A DNA stretch of 64,000 nucleotides from Anaerolineae bacterium (GTDB lineage: Bacteria > Chloroflexota > Anaerolineae > B4-G1 > SLSP01): contig JAFGFI010000143.1 in assembly GCA_016931185.1 (NCBI GenBank), forward strand, positions 5,987 to 69,986, in the 5' to 3' direction. Of the stretch, positions 10,759 through 19,898 are shown piece by piece. A program made the translations under genes and the position numbers. Under the pieces are notes generated by a model. It made no database searches and had not been told where the DNA came from. It was given only the letters and a program-made list of their open reading frames with translations. Each line of letters opens with the position of its first letter. The first letter of the stretch is position 1.

Positions 10759-11781
10759 ATGAAAATTATGAACACACCATTACTTGAATTGAAGAATGTA
10801 ACTAAGGTATTCGGCGGAAAGACGGATTACACTGTGGCGTTAGATGATATGACCTTCGCTATACCTGAGAACTTTCCAAAGATTATCACCATCGCTGGTG
10901 AAAGTGGCAGCGGCAAGACGACGATGGGAATGTTGATGTTGGGTTTCTACGCTCCAACGCTGGGTAATGTCTTGTATCGTGGGCAGCCGTTGAACGAGTT
11001 AGACAGGACGATGCGTTTTCAGTTCCGGCGGGAGATACAGGCCGTTTTTCAGGATCCCTTCGCTGTTTACAACCCGTTCTATAAGGTCGATAATCTGCTG
11101 AGCATTCCTATCAAGAACTTCAAATTAGCTACTTCTAAGGCGATGGGGCGTGAGTTGATGTCAGAGGCGCTCGAACGGGTTGGTCTTCGTCCAGAGGAGA
11201 CGTTGGGCCGCTATCCGCACCAACTGAGTGGCGGCCAGCGCCAGCGTATTGCTGTGGCGCGCGCGTTGTTGTTGAAGCCGAAATTGTTGATTACCGATGA
11301 GCCGGTTTCTATGGTCGATGCCTCGCTGCGTTCGACGATCCTCAAGTCGCTGCGTGGGTTGAACCATGATTTAGGTATTCCTATCTTTTACATTACGCAT
11401 GACCTGACGACGGCCTATCACATCAGCGACTACATTATTATCCTGTATCGCGGATCGGTGATGGAGGTGGGCAATGTTGACACGATCATCCGGCGCCCGA
11501 AGCACCCGTATACACGCCTATTAGTCTCGTCAATACCCTGGCCTGATCCTGATCTTGTGTGGGGAGGAGGCGAGGAGATGATTCAGAAGAGCCAGGTGGC
11601 CTTTAAGTCGATTACTGGGTGTAAATTTGCGCCACGGTGTCCGCATAAGATGGACATCTGCGACTCTATGCCACCGGATCTCTTTTTGTTGGAGCATGAT
11701 CTGGCGGTTTCATGTTATTTGTATCGCGATAATGAGGTTCTCTCTCGTGAGGAACTGAGTCGCGTTTTTGCTGAGACGTAG
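10759..11781 (+). CDS. ABC transporter ATP-binding protein (OppF/DppF-like)
   Basis: Walker A GESGSGKTT, signature LSGGQRQR, Walker B LITDEPVSMVD. Confidence 0.92.
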   Translation: MKIMNTPLLELKNVTKVFGGKTDYTVALDDMTFAIPENFPKIITIAGESGSGKTTMGMLMLGFYAPTLGNVLYRGQPLNELDRTMRFQFRREIQAVFQDPFAVYNPFYKVDNLLSIPIKNFKLATSKAMGRELMSEALERVGLRPEETLGRYPHQLSGGQRQRIAVARALLLKPKLLITDEPVSMVDASLRSTILKSLRGLNHDLGIPIFYITHDLTTAYHISDYIIILYRGSVMEVGNVDTIIRRPKHPYTRLLVSSIPWPDPDLVWGGGEEMIQKSQVAFKSITGCKFAPRCPHKMDICDSMPPDLFLLEHDLAVSCYLYRDNEVLSREELSRVFAET

Positions 11782-11841
11782 TTTAAAGGTTGGAGGTGGT
11801 AGTTCGGTTGTTGCCGGCAGAGACGTTGGTGATATCGAGGA

Positions 11842-11877
11842 CACTGCAGGGCGCTTTGTGCCTTGCAGTGTTTTGTC
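11842..11877 (+). terminator. intrinsic terminator after the first ABC operon
   Basis: 10-bp stem cactgcaggg/ccttgcagtg (one G-U pair), 9-nt loop, then TTTTGTCT. It lies inside the N-terminal extension of ORF 11768, which argues for the GTG 11903 start. Confidence 0.6.
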
Positions 11878-11902
11878 TATAAGGATTGGAGGGGCTGCTC
11901 CG

Positions 11903-13516
11903 GTGATCGTTAGAAATGTTGGGCGCAACGATCCGTGTCCTTGTGGGAGTGGAAAGAAATACAAATACTGTTGTGGACGGCCCAAGCCGTCCACCGAGGT
12001 ATTGTATATTCATCCAACTAAGCAAGACATCGACTTCTACGCGCAAACACAGTCCACGCGAGAAGCGCAGCTAGGACGTCCCTATGGGCTTATCCCGTTA
12101 GGGGTACCCGCGTTGGTCAATGGCCTTCGTGCGGCCGGTATTGAGGTGCGGGGTGTTAATTATCCGTTGGAGTGTGAACTCAACCGGAATTTTGATCTGC
12201 GTCACTGGTTGCGGACGGAGGTCCAGGCGCGTGTGATTCTGATCGACCTCCATTGGTATGAGCACAGTTATGGCGCCATCAGTGTGGCCAATGTCTGTAA
12301 GGAGATACTTCCAGATGCATGGGTAGTCTTGGGAGGTTTGACGGCTTCTGGGTTTGCGCGCGAAATTCTTGAGCGTTTCCCATCAGTTGATTTTGTGATC
12401 CGGGGGGACGCCGAGCGACCCCTTCTTATGTTAGTGCAGCGATGCCTGGATACACGTGATACTCTTCTGCCAAACCTTTGCGATATTCCAAACTTGGTCT
12501 ATCGGCGCGATGCTGAAGTGCTTGAGAATGTTATTAGCTATTGCGCTAATACGGAAGACCTTGACCGGCTGGACTATGTAGATCTGGGCTTTCTTGACCA
12601 TCATACTGAGTATTTCGTGCATGAATATCTCGTTACGGATTTACCCAAAGCTCGTGCCGCACTGGAGACAAATCCATTTCTAGGGCGCTGGGTGGCGACG
12701 GCCCGGGGGTGTAAGTATGAGTGTTCTTACTGTGGCGGTTGTAAGAGTGCGCACAAAGTCCTGGCTACACGAGATGGGATTGTGCCGCGTTCGCCCCAAG
12801 TCGTGGTTGATGAACTGGAACGTCTGGTGGCTGATGGCGTGATCCAGGCTTCGCTTTCCTATGATATTGCTGAACTGGGAGATGATTACTGGCGCACCTT
12901 CTTCTCTTTGATGCGGCAGCGGAAGATCAAGATCGGGTTGTACAACGAATGTTTTCAACTCCCATCTCTGAGCTTTGTCAAGCGTTTTGCCCAGGTTGTG
13001 GCCCTTGAACATTCGTGCCTGGCCTTCAGTCCACTCTCCGGATCCGAACGTGTGCGCCGGCTTAATGGCAAGATTTTTACCAATAGCGAGTTGATCAATG
13101 TACTGGATGCCCTCAACCTTTATAACGTCTTTGCCCTTGTCTACTTTTCCCTGAATTTGCCTGGTGAGACCGGAGAGACGCTCAAGGACTCCATCGCGTT
13201 AGCACAGGAAATCTGTAAACTTTACCCTTCTTCGCAGACGCGTATCCTCAGCTCCTGCCATACTCTGGACCCGCTATCTCCGATGGCCGTTCACCCTGAG
13301 AAATATGCAATCAGGGTCACGATGTGCAGTTTTAATGACTGGTATATGTATTGCCGTGATACCCAATTAGGCGGACCCGCAGCACGGACCGAGGCTCACC
13401 GGGGCTTTATGTTACACGATCCGGCGGCCCGCGACCTGGAAGCTATGGCAGATGCTTGGGATGCGGCACGCCAGGGCTATGAGGACTCTTGGTGGCCCAT
13501 TCCCCCAAGTTGGTGA
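11903..13516 (+). CDS. radical SAM enzyme with N-terminal SEC-C zinc motif and B12-binding-like domain (paralog 1)
   Basis: GTG 11903 follows AGGATTGGAGGGG. SEC-C motif DPCPCGSGKKYKYCCG at 11930-11977. CX3CX2C cluster CKYECSYC at 12710-12733. About 55-60% identical by eye to the next gene. C-terminal WWPIPPSW. Confidence 0.85.
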   Translation: MIVRNVGRNDPCPCGSGKKYKYCCGRPKPSTEVLYIHPTKQDIDFYAQTQSTREAQLGRPYGLIPLGVPALVNGLRAAGIEVRGVNYPLECELNRNFDLRHWLRTEVQARVILIDLHWYEHSYGAISVANVCKEILPDAWVVLGGLTASGFAREILERFPSVDFVIRGDAERPLLMLVQRCLDTRDTLLPNLCDIPNLVYRRDAEVLENVISYCANTEDLDRLDYVDLGFLDHHTEYFVHEYLVTDLPKARAALETNPFLGRWVATARGCKYECSYCGGCKSAHKVLATRDGIVPRSPQVVVDELERLVADGVIQASLSYDIAELGDDYWRTFFSLMRQRKIKIGLYNECFQLPSLSFVKRFAQVVALEHSCLAFSPLSGSERVRRLNGKIFTNSELINVLDALNLYNVFALVYFSLNLPGETGETLKDSIALAQEICKLYPSSQTRILSSCHTLDPLSPMAVHPEKYAIRVTMCSFNDWYMYCRDTQLGGPAARTEAHRGFMLHDPAARDLEAMADAWDAARQGYEDSWWPIPPSW

Positions 13517-13588
13517 AGAATGACAAATCATGAATAGTGACCGTTTCCCATAAGGATCGCTGTGGCATACTGCTGAAGTTTTATTCTC

Positions 13589-13605
13589 ATTTCTAATCTT
13601 TAATT
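13589..13605 (+). repeat. 17-nt leader motif ATTTCTAATCTTTAATT (copy 2)
   Basis: Identical to 1925-1941. Ends 17 nt before TTG 13623. Confidence 0.7.
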
Positions 13606-13622
13606 CTTGAAGGAGGATTTTT

Positions 13623-15158
13623 TTGAACGAAGCCCCTGTTGCGCTGTATATTCATCCGGCTAAACAAGCCGTAGATCTCTATGATACGCCCGTCCGTCAG
13701 AATTTTGGACGACCTTATGGCTTGATTCCGATGGGCGTGCCGGCGTTGGTCAACTTGCTCTGTGATAATGATATTCCCGTCAAGGGTATCAACTTTCCGT
13801 TAGAGAAAAAATTGAATAGCAATTTCAACCTCCGAAAATGGTTGGCTGATCATCGGGAAGCTAGAATGGTACTCATTGATTTGCATTGGTACGAACATAG
13901 TTATGGGGCTATCAATGTGGCCCAGGTCGTAAAGCAAGTTCTTCCAGATGCCTGGGTTATTCTCGGCGGGTTGACGTCCTCTGCTTTCGCTGGCGAGATT
14001 ATTAAAAATATTTCTGTGGTCGATTTTATTGTGCGTGGAGATGCCGAGCGACCGTTGTTGGCGTTAGCGCAGGCGTTGATGCGCGAAGAACGAGGCGTGA
14101 TGCCCGATCTTTCCGATGTTCCCAATTTAACGTATCGTCTTCATGGACAAGTGGTAGAGAATCCGCGGACATACTGCGCAACGCCTGATGATTTTGCGGA
14201 TTTCAACTTTGTGGACCTGGGATGGTTGGAACACGAGGATGAATACTTTGTTCACGAATATTTGGTTATTGATATGGAACTTGCTCACCAGGCCCGGGAG
14301 GGCATGGATATCAGCAAGTACCGGGGGCGATGGATCACGACGGCGCGTGGATGTGATTTCGAGTGTTCGTATTGTGGCGGTGCGCGGAGTGCACACAAGG
14401 CTATTGCCGGACGTGATGGCGTGGTGCCCGTCCCGGTGGAAACGATTGTGAATCAGATTAAGCACCTGATAGAACACGACGTGATTCAGGTCTGCTTTTC
14501 CTATGATTTGGCCGCTCTGGGAGAACGGTATTGGAAGACGCTTTTCCGTACGCTACGCAAAGAGGGTATCAAAATCGGCCTTTACAATGAATTCTTTCAG
14601 CTTCCACCATCGGGCTTTACGAAGGATTTCGTCCGCACGGCTGATATGAAACATTCAAGCCTCGCGCTTAACCCTTATTCAGGATCGGAGCGGGTGCGAC
14701 GTTTGAACGGTAAACGCTACAGTGAGGCTGAACTCTTTAACACACTCGATGAGGTCAATCTCTACGACATTCCGATTATCGTTTACTTTTCCCTTAACTT
14801 GCCCGGTGAGGATGAGGAGGCTGTACAGCAGTCTATTAACCTAGCGCAGCGTATTTATGATATGTATCCACATTCCAGGTTGAAGATCCTCAATACCTGC
14901 CATACGATGGAACCTTTATCCCCGATGGAGCAGCGACCGGGGCGCTATGGCGTTGATGTGCAGTGGCATACCTTTAGAGATTGGTATGAGTATTGCCGGA
15001 ATACGCAGGTGCAGTTGCCCGGCGCGCGCACGGGCGAGTGGCGCGGGTTCGATCTGCTGCCGCCTGCGAAACGCTCTGTTGAGGCGATGGCTGATGCGTG
15101 GGATGCGGCAGCTAAGGGACGTGAGTCTGTCTGGTGGCCGATTCCCCCAAGTTGGTAG
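13623..15158 (+). CDS. radical SAM enzyme with B12-binding-like domain (paralog 2, no SEC-C motif)
   Basis: TTG start behind GAAGGAGGA. CX3CX2C cluster CDFECSYC at 14352-14375. Collinear with paralog 1 along its whole length. Identical C-terminal WWPIPPSW. Confidence 0.85.
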   Translation: MNEAPVALYIHPAKQAVDLYDTPVRQNFGRPYGLIPMGVPALVNLLCDNDIPVKGINFPLEKKLNSNFNLRKWLADHREARMVLIDLHWYEHSYGAINVAQVVKQVLPDAWVILGGLTSSAFAGEIIKNISVVDFIVRGDAERPLLALAQALMREERGVMPDLSDVPNLTYRLHGQVVENPRTYCATPDDFADFNFVDLGWLEHEDEYFVHEYLVIDMELAHQAREGMDISKYRGRWITTARGCDFECSYCGGARSAHKAIAGRDGVVPVPVETIVNQIKHLIEHDVIQVCFSYDLAALGERYWKTLFRTLRKEGIKIGLYNEFFQLPPSGFTKDFVRTADMKHSSLALNPYSGSERVRRLNGKRYSEAELFNTLDEVNLYDIPIIVYFSLNLPGEDEEAVQQSINLAQRIYDMYPHSRLKILNTCHTMEPLSPMEQRPGRYGVDVQWHTFRDWYEYCRNTQVQLPGARTGEWRGFDLLPPAKRSVEAMADAWDAAAKGRESVWWPIPPSW

Positions 15159-15324
15159 ATAAACGTAAAATGTAAACGTAAATAACTTAACCCTATACGG
15201 GTGTGTTTTCCCTCAAGTTGTAGCTACTCCTCACTTGTGTTTTCTACCTCTTTGTGCTGTAATATAGGTAAAGGATGGATCTCGCATCTGTGCTGTTTAT
15301 TTCAGTACGAGAGGAGTTGCGCAA

Positions 15325-18300
15325 ATGGATAATCCACTCCTAGAACAAGCTGTCGAATCCGCCCGGCTTGGTTTCCGCGAGCAGGCGCGTTCTCTCCTGC
15401 TCAAGGCTGTCCGCCAGGATCAAGCAAATCCGCTATGTTGGCTGTGGTTGGCTTACGTTTTAGATGATAAGAAGCAGCAATATGACTGCTTGCGCCGGGC
15501 ATTGCGGATTGAACCAGATAATCCAGATGCTCTGTTAGCGATGGAGGCTCTCAAGTCCGGACAGCCCTTGCCGGAACCCGGTGCGTATGAGGAACCTGAG
15601 GAGGAGCTTTGGGGCCCGGATGTGCTTTCGCGTTTGTATTCCGATGTGGAAGAGGCCGGTGAGGTTTCTTCTGCGCAATCTGAATCTCCTTATGTTGAGA
15701 TTGCTTATGATCAAGAGGCCCTGTATACGGATGTTTCCGCTGAGGAATCTCCCGATGTGGACCGTCTTGATATTGCGCCGCCTGTTTCCTATACTGTATC
15801 AGATGTGCCAGAATCAGAGAGCGTTGCCCCCTCTTGGGATACAGGCCTTTATGTTGAAGAGCCTGAAATCCCTATAGCTGAATCCTCCACAGCGTTTGAG
15901 TTTGCTCCATCTCCTACTGAGACCTCTCCTCGTCGCAATTTGTTTATTGATCGAGCGCGAACAGCGCGCTCACAGCCGATTACTGTGTCTTCGTTGCCGG
16001 TGACCCGTGATGAAATGCCGGTATCTGCCGATGTTACGTGGGCAGAGCCGGGGGAGATTATGGCTCAGCCCGTCAAGAAGGCATCTTTCGTTGCTTCCGG
16101 GTTGGGATTGATCGGGAGATTGCTGCCGGGAAAGAAAATAAGGCCGGATGTGTCTGAGAAGGAAGCTGCTATTTCTATCCCTACATCTGGGCAGTCTTTG
16201 TCGAGAAAACGCAAGTTCAAGTTTCTTGATTGGCGTGTCCTCTTTGGTTTGCTCGGGATTGTGGATGTGCCCATTATCGCGGTTTTGCTTATTCTGTTGT
16301 TCTTGCGTGCGAAACCTGATCCCCGGTCGGCGGCAGTTTTCCAATCACAACCTGAGTACCAGGGATGCCAGCAGGTGGATCTCGCGTTGTTTACCGTGGT
16401 AACAGATACTGCGACTATTATGGCGAATGAGGAAATAACGGATGTTCTTGTTCGTTTCGATACTGTACTTAGTGGTACGCTTTTTTCATTTGCACATTCC
16501 CTGGTTGTGCCAGAAGGGCGGCGCTTGTTGATATTACCCGGTACAACGCTGTCTTTTGTCGAGGGTACGGCCTTAGAGGTTTATGGCACGCTCTATGCAT
16601 GTGGCACAGATGAGATTCCGATCACGTTTGTGGCGAAGACACGCGCGCCGGGGGGATGGGAAGGAGTGCGTTTCCATCATGCGGTGACGCCTTCAATGCT
16701 TAGCAATGTGTTGATCCAGTATGCAGGTGAGCGCGCGCTGTACCTGGAGGATACGCTCCCTGCCCTGTCAAATGTACGTATTGCTGATGGCAGTGGTTTT
16801 GCCATCAGTGCGGATGCGGCTGCGCTCCCCCATTTAACTCCAGATATGGATCTTACCGATAATCCACTTCAGGGTATTGAAATTCGACCCAGTACGCTGC
16901 CTACAGGAACTGTGGTCTGGTATGACCAGCAAGTGGTTTATGTCGTGACTGGCTTGATACGGGTGGGGGAGGATACGACATTGGAAATCCAACCGGGGGT
17001 GATCATTAAGTTCTGGCACCGGCCCCGCGGACAGGTCCCCGGGGTATGGGTGCGGGGATTGATCAAGGCGGAACAGGTGAAGTTGACCTCGATATACGAC
17101 AGCCGGGAAGAAGTTGGCGGGGTGACGTACCTGGAAGCGCGTGACCCCCAGGCTGGAGATTGGGGTAGTATTACATTCCACAATAGTAGCGCGAAGTCCT
17201 ATCTGCGCGATGTGATGCTTTCCTACGCCGGACAGAATAAGGCCGCCATCTGGATGCAGGCAAGTTCTCCTGAATTAACAAATGTGGCTATCACGAATGC
17301 GGCCTGGTATCCTTTGAGTGTGGGTACGGAAGCGGACCCTGTATTAGAGTCCCTGACATTGATGGATAATGTGCCTGGTGATGTATTGGAGATTCGTAGA
17401 GGTTCAGAGATCGGGGGCAGGAATGTGTATACGTGGACGCAATTGGGGACGGCGGAAGCTCCGATAGTGCGCTTGGTACGTGGCCCGTTGACGATCGGTC
17501 CAGAGGCTAAACTTACCATTATGCCTGGTGTCATTGTTAAGTTTGAACCTGAGGGGAAATTTATTGTACACGGTACACTCCACGCAGTTGGGGGAGGCAG
17601 TAAATCGCAATACATTGTCTTTACCTCATTTCACGATGATGAGTATGGGGGCGACTCAGACCAGGGAGACAGCCCGCAGGATGTCCGCGCGTGGGGGGGG
17701 ATTGTGTTAGATGGGGTAGATGTAACGACGGACATGCAAAATTGCACGGTGCGCTATGCTCCCCTTTCATTGCTGGCTGCGTCACCCAAATTGATCAATA
17801 ACCGGTTTTTCGATAGTCCCGAAGCCGGATTGATTATGACACCTGATTCTTTGCCGGAGATGCGGGGAACGCAACTTGAGGGAAATGGTGTGGGGGGCAT
17901 CGCTTTGTTGTCAGGGGAAATTACGACCGATCAACAGTGGCGCCGCCTGGGTATTGGGGATGATCAGATTGTGCGCGTGTTGCAAGGCCCGGTGACGGTC
18001 ACAATAAGTGCGACGTTGAATATTGAGTCTGGCACGATTATCAAGGCCATGCCGGAGGGTCAATTGGTAGTGTTAGGGGGATTGCGGTCTGTGGGTACTA
18101 TTGATCAGGTCATCGTCTTCACATCGTTGCACGATGATAGTGCCGGTGGAGATACCAATGCGCGGCTGACGATGCCTGCTGCCGGGGATTGGCCTGGCAT
18201 TGAGATTGGGCCGGAGGCTAACGCACGTTTGGAAAATACGGCCATTTATTATGCCCAGAATGGCCTGATCGTGCGCGCGGGAAATATGCCTGTTTCTGAA

Positions 18301-18423
18301 GTAGGACGGCTGTACATTGCCGATGGGGTACGAGCTGTGTGGTGTGATGTTCGAATGCAGATTCCTGAGACGTTTTTAATTGAGCGAAACGAGATTGATA
18401 CAGCGCGTTGCCCGTCGCAATAA
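15325..18423 (+). CDS. membrane-anchored protein: N-terminal TPR, acidic disordered linker, one TM helix, four parallel-beta-helix-like repeats
   Basis: TPR-like residues 1-80. D/E/S/P-rich residues about 85-200. TM WRVLFGLLGIVDVPIIAVLLILLFL (about nt 16231-16302). Four ~100-130-aa modules of pattern PG(V/T)I(I/V)KF...G.L.A.G......I.FTS..DD..GGD....P..GDW.GI between nt 16522 and 18309. Confidence 0.8.
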   Translation: MDNPLLEQAVESARLGFREQARSLLLKAVRQDQANPLCWLWLAYVLDDKKQQYDCLRRALRIEPDNPDALLAMEALKSGQPLPEPGAYEEPEEELWGPDVLSRLYSDVEEAGEVSSAQSESPYVEIAYDQEALYTDVSAEESPDVDRLDIAPPVSYTVSDVPESESVAPSWDTGLYVEEPEIPIAESSTAFEFAPSPTETSPRRNLFIDRARTARSQPITVSSLPVTRDEMPVSADVTWAEPGEIMAQPVKKASFVASGLGLIGRLLPGKKIRPDVSEKEAAISIPTSGQSLSRKRKFKFLDWRVLFGLLGIVDVPIIAVLLILLFLRAKPDPRSAAVFQSQPEYQGCQQVDLALFTVVTDTATIMANEEITDVLVRFDTVLSGTLFSFAHSLVVPEGRRLLILPGTTLSFVEGTALEVYGTLYACGTDEIPITFVAKTRAPGGWEGVRFHHAVTPSMLSNVLIQYAGERALYLEDTLPALSNVRIADGSGFAISADAAALPHLTPDMDLTDNPLQGIEIRPSTLPTGTVVWYDQQVVYVVTGLIRVGEDTTLEIQPGVIIKFWHRPRGQVPGVWVRGLIKAEQVKLTSIYDSREEVGGVTYLEARDPQAGDWGSITFHNSSAKSYLRDVMLSYAGQNKAAIWMQASSPELTNVAITNAAWYPLSVGTEADPVLESLTLMDNVPGDVLEIRRGSEIGGRNVYTWTQLGTAEAPIVRLVRGPLTIGPEAKLTIMPGVIVKFEPEGKFIVHGTLHAVGGGSKSQYIVFTSFHDDEYGGDSDQGDSPQDVRAWGGIVLDGVDVTTDMQNCTVRYAPLSLLAASPKLINNRFFDSPEAGLIMTPDSLPEMRGTQLEGNGVGGIALLSGEITTDQQWRRLGIGDDQIVRVLQGPVTVTISATLNIESGTIIKAMPEGQLVVLGGLRSVGTIDQVIVFTSLHDDSAGGDTNARLTMPAAGDWPGIEIGPEANARLENTAIYYAQNGLIVRAGNMPVSEVGRLYIADGVRAVWCDVRMQIPETFLIERNEIDTARCPSQ

Positions 18424-18539
18424 TGAAAAAGAGTGTGTCTGAGGATTGGTGCGGTCAAAGATTGTCCATGGCGGGGGCTTCCGTGCTGGGGCCGATTTCT
18501 GACTGTGCCCTTTCCAACTTAAGTGAAAGGAAATGATCT

Positions 18540-19799
18540 ATGGCAAAGCTCAGTGTTTATGAAAACGTAATAGCGCAATTTAACAATGCGGCAGATTTGA
18601 TGAATCTCGATCCGGAAATTCGCAGGATATTGGCCTGCACTACAAATGAAATCATTGTACATTTTCCGGTCAAGATGGATGATGGGCACATTCAGATATT
18701 TACCGGTTATCGTGTGCAACACAATAATGTACTAGGCCCGTACAAGGGAGGGTTGCGTTTCCATCCTTCGGTAGATATTGACGAGGTGCGTGCTCTGGCG
18801 ACGTGGATGACCTGGAAGTCGGCCATTGCTGGTATTCCTTACGGGGGAGCGAAGGGCGGTATCCAGATTGACCCCCGGCAATATTCGAGATCAGAGTTGG
18901 AACGTATTACACGCCGTTTTACGTTTGCCCTGGGGAGTAATATTGGCCCGGAGTATGATATCCCCGCGCCGGACGTGAATACAAATTCTCAAATTATGGC
19001 CTGGATTTTGGATACATATCTTTCGATGATGCCACCCCTAGAACGCAACCGGTGTGTCCACGTAGTAACAGGAAAGCCCATTGAATCTGGTGGCAGCTTG
19101 GGGCGGGATAAAGCGACTGGACAGGGTGTCGTTTTTGTCCTTGAATTATGGGCGAAAGACCATAATTTTGATTTGTCACATGCTACTTATATGGTGCAGG
19201 GTTTTGGAAACGTTGGTTCATGGACGGCGCGGCTGCTCAAGCCCTATGGGGCGACGTTGTTGGCTGTAGAGGATCACACTGGTGCTATTGTTAATCCGGC
19301 TGGCATTGATGCTGATGCACTTACCGAATATGTACAAGCACATGGTGGTCTGTCCGGGTATCCTGGCGGGACACCTGTGGATCATCGGACCTTTATGAGC
19401 GTCGAAGCGGATATTTTTGTTCCGGCGGCTTTGGAAAATCAGATTACGGCAGAAACTGCATCGTGGCTCAATGTCAAGCTGGTGGTGGAGGGTGCCAATG
19501 GCCCCACTAACATCGAGGGAGACAAAGTTTTGCAGGAACGTGGCATTGGTCTGTTGCCAGATGTATTGTGTAATGCTGGTGGTGTGATTGTCAGTTACTT
19601 TGAGTGGCTGCAGAACAAGCGAAGTGAGTTTTGGGATTTAGAAGAGGTAGATGCCAAGTTGCATAAGTTGATGATCAGTGCGTACCGGCATGTATATGAA
19701 GCAGTACATAAGTTTAATACAGACTGGCGCACTGCGGCCTACGTCGTTGCACTGAACCGTCTGGAGAAAGTGTACAGGGAACGGGGCATTTTCCCGTAA
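18540..19799 (+). CDS. gdhA: NAD(P)-dependent glutamate dehydrogenase
   Basis: Glu/Leu/Phe/Val dehydrogenase signatures GPYKGGLRFHP and PYGGAKGG, plus the Rossmann motif GFGNVG. Confidence 0.93.
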   Translation: MAKLSVYENVIAQFNNAADLMNLDPEIRRILACTTNEIIVHFPVKMDDGHIQIFTGYRVQHNNVLGPYKGGLRFHPSVDIDEVRALATWMTWKSAIAGIPYGGAKGGIQIDPRQYSRSELERITRRFTFALGSNIGPEYDIPAPDVNTNSQIMAWILDTYLSMMPPLERNRCVHVVTGKPIESGGSLGRDKATGQGVVFVLELWAKDHNFDLSHATYMVQGFGNVGSWTARLLKPYGATLLAVEDHTGAIVNPAGIDADALTEYVQAHGGLSGYPGGTPVDHRTFMSVEADIFVPAALENQITAETASWLNVKLVVEGANGPTNIEGDKVLQERGIGLLPDVLCNAGGVIVSYFEWLQNKRSEFWDLEEVDAKLHKLMISAYRHVYEAVHKFNTDWRTAAYVVALNRLEKVYRERGIFP

Positions 19800-19898
19800 A
19801 GGTTAATGTAGGATAGACATTCCTGTCTAGCTAATAGGTTGAAAAATTGTATTCAAGTTTTCCTTGCTGCCGGGGCGTGTTCGCGCTCCTGGTTTTTG

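Noticed and set aside
15275-15343. 22-codon ORF overlapping the start of the TPR/beta-helix gene, considered as a possible radical SAM (RiPP) precursor
   Set aside because: It has no usable RBS spacing (the ATG abuts AAAGG). It overlaps the downstream start out of frame. The sequence has no Cys/Ser/Thr-rich core or leader-like features.
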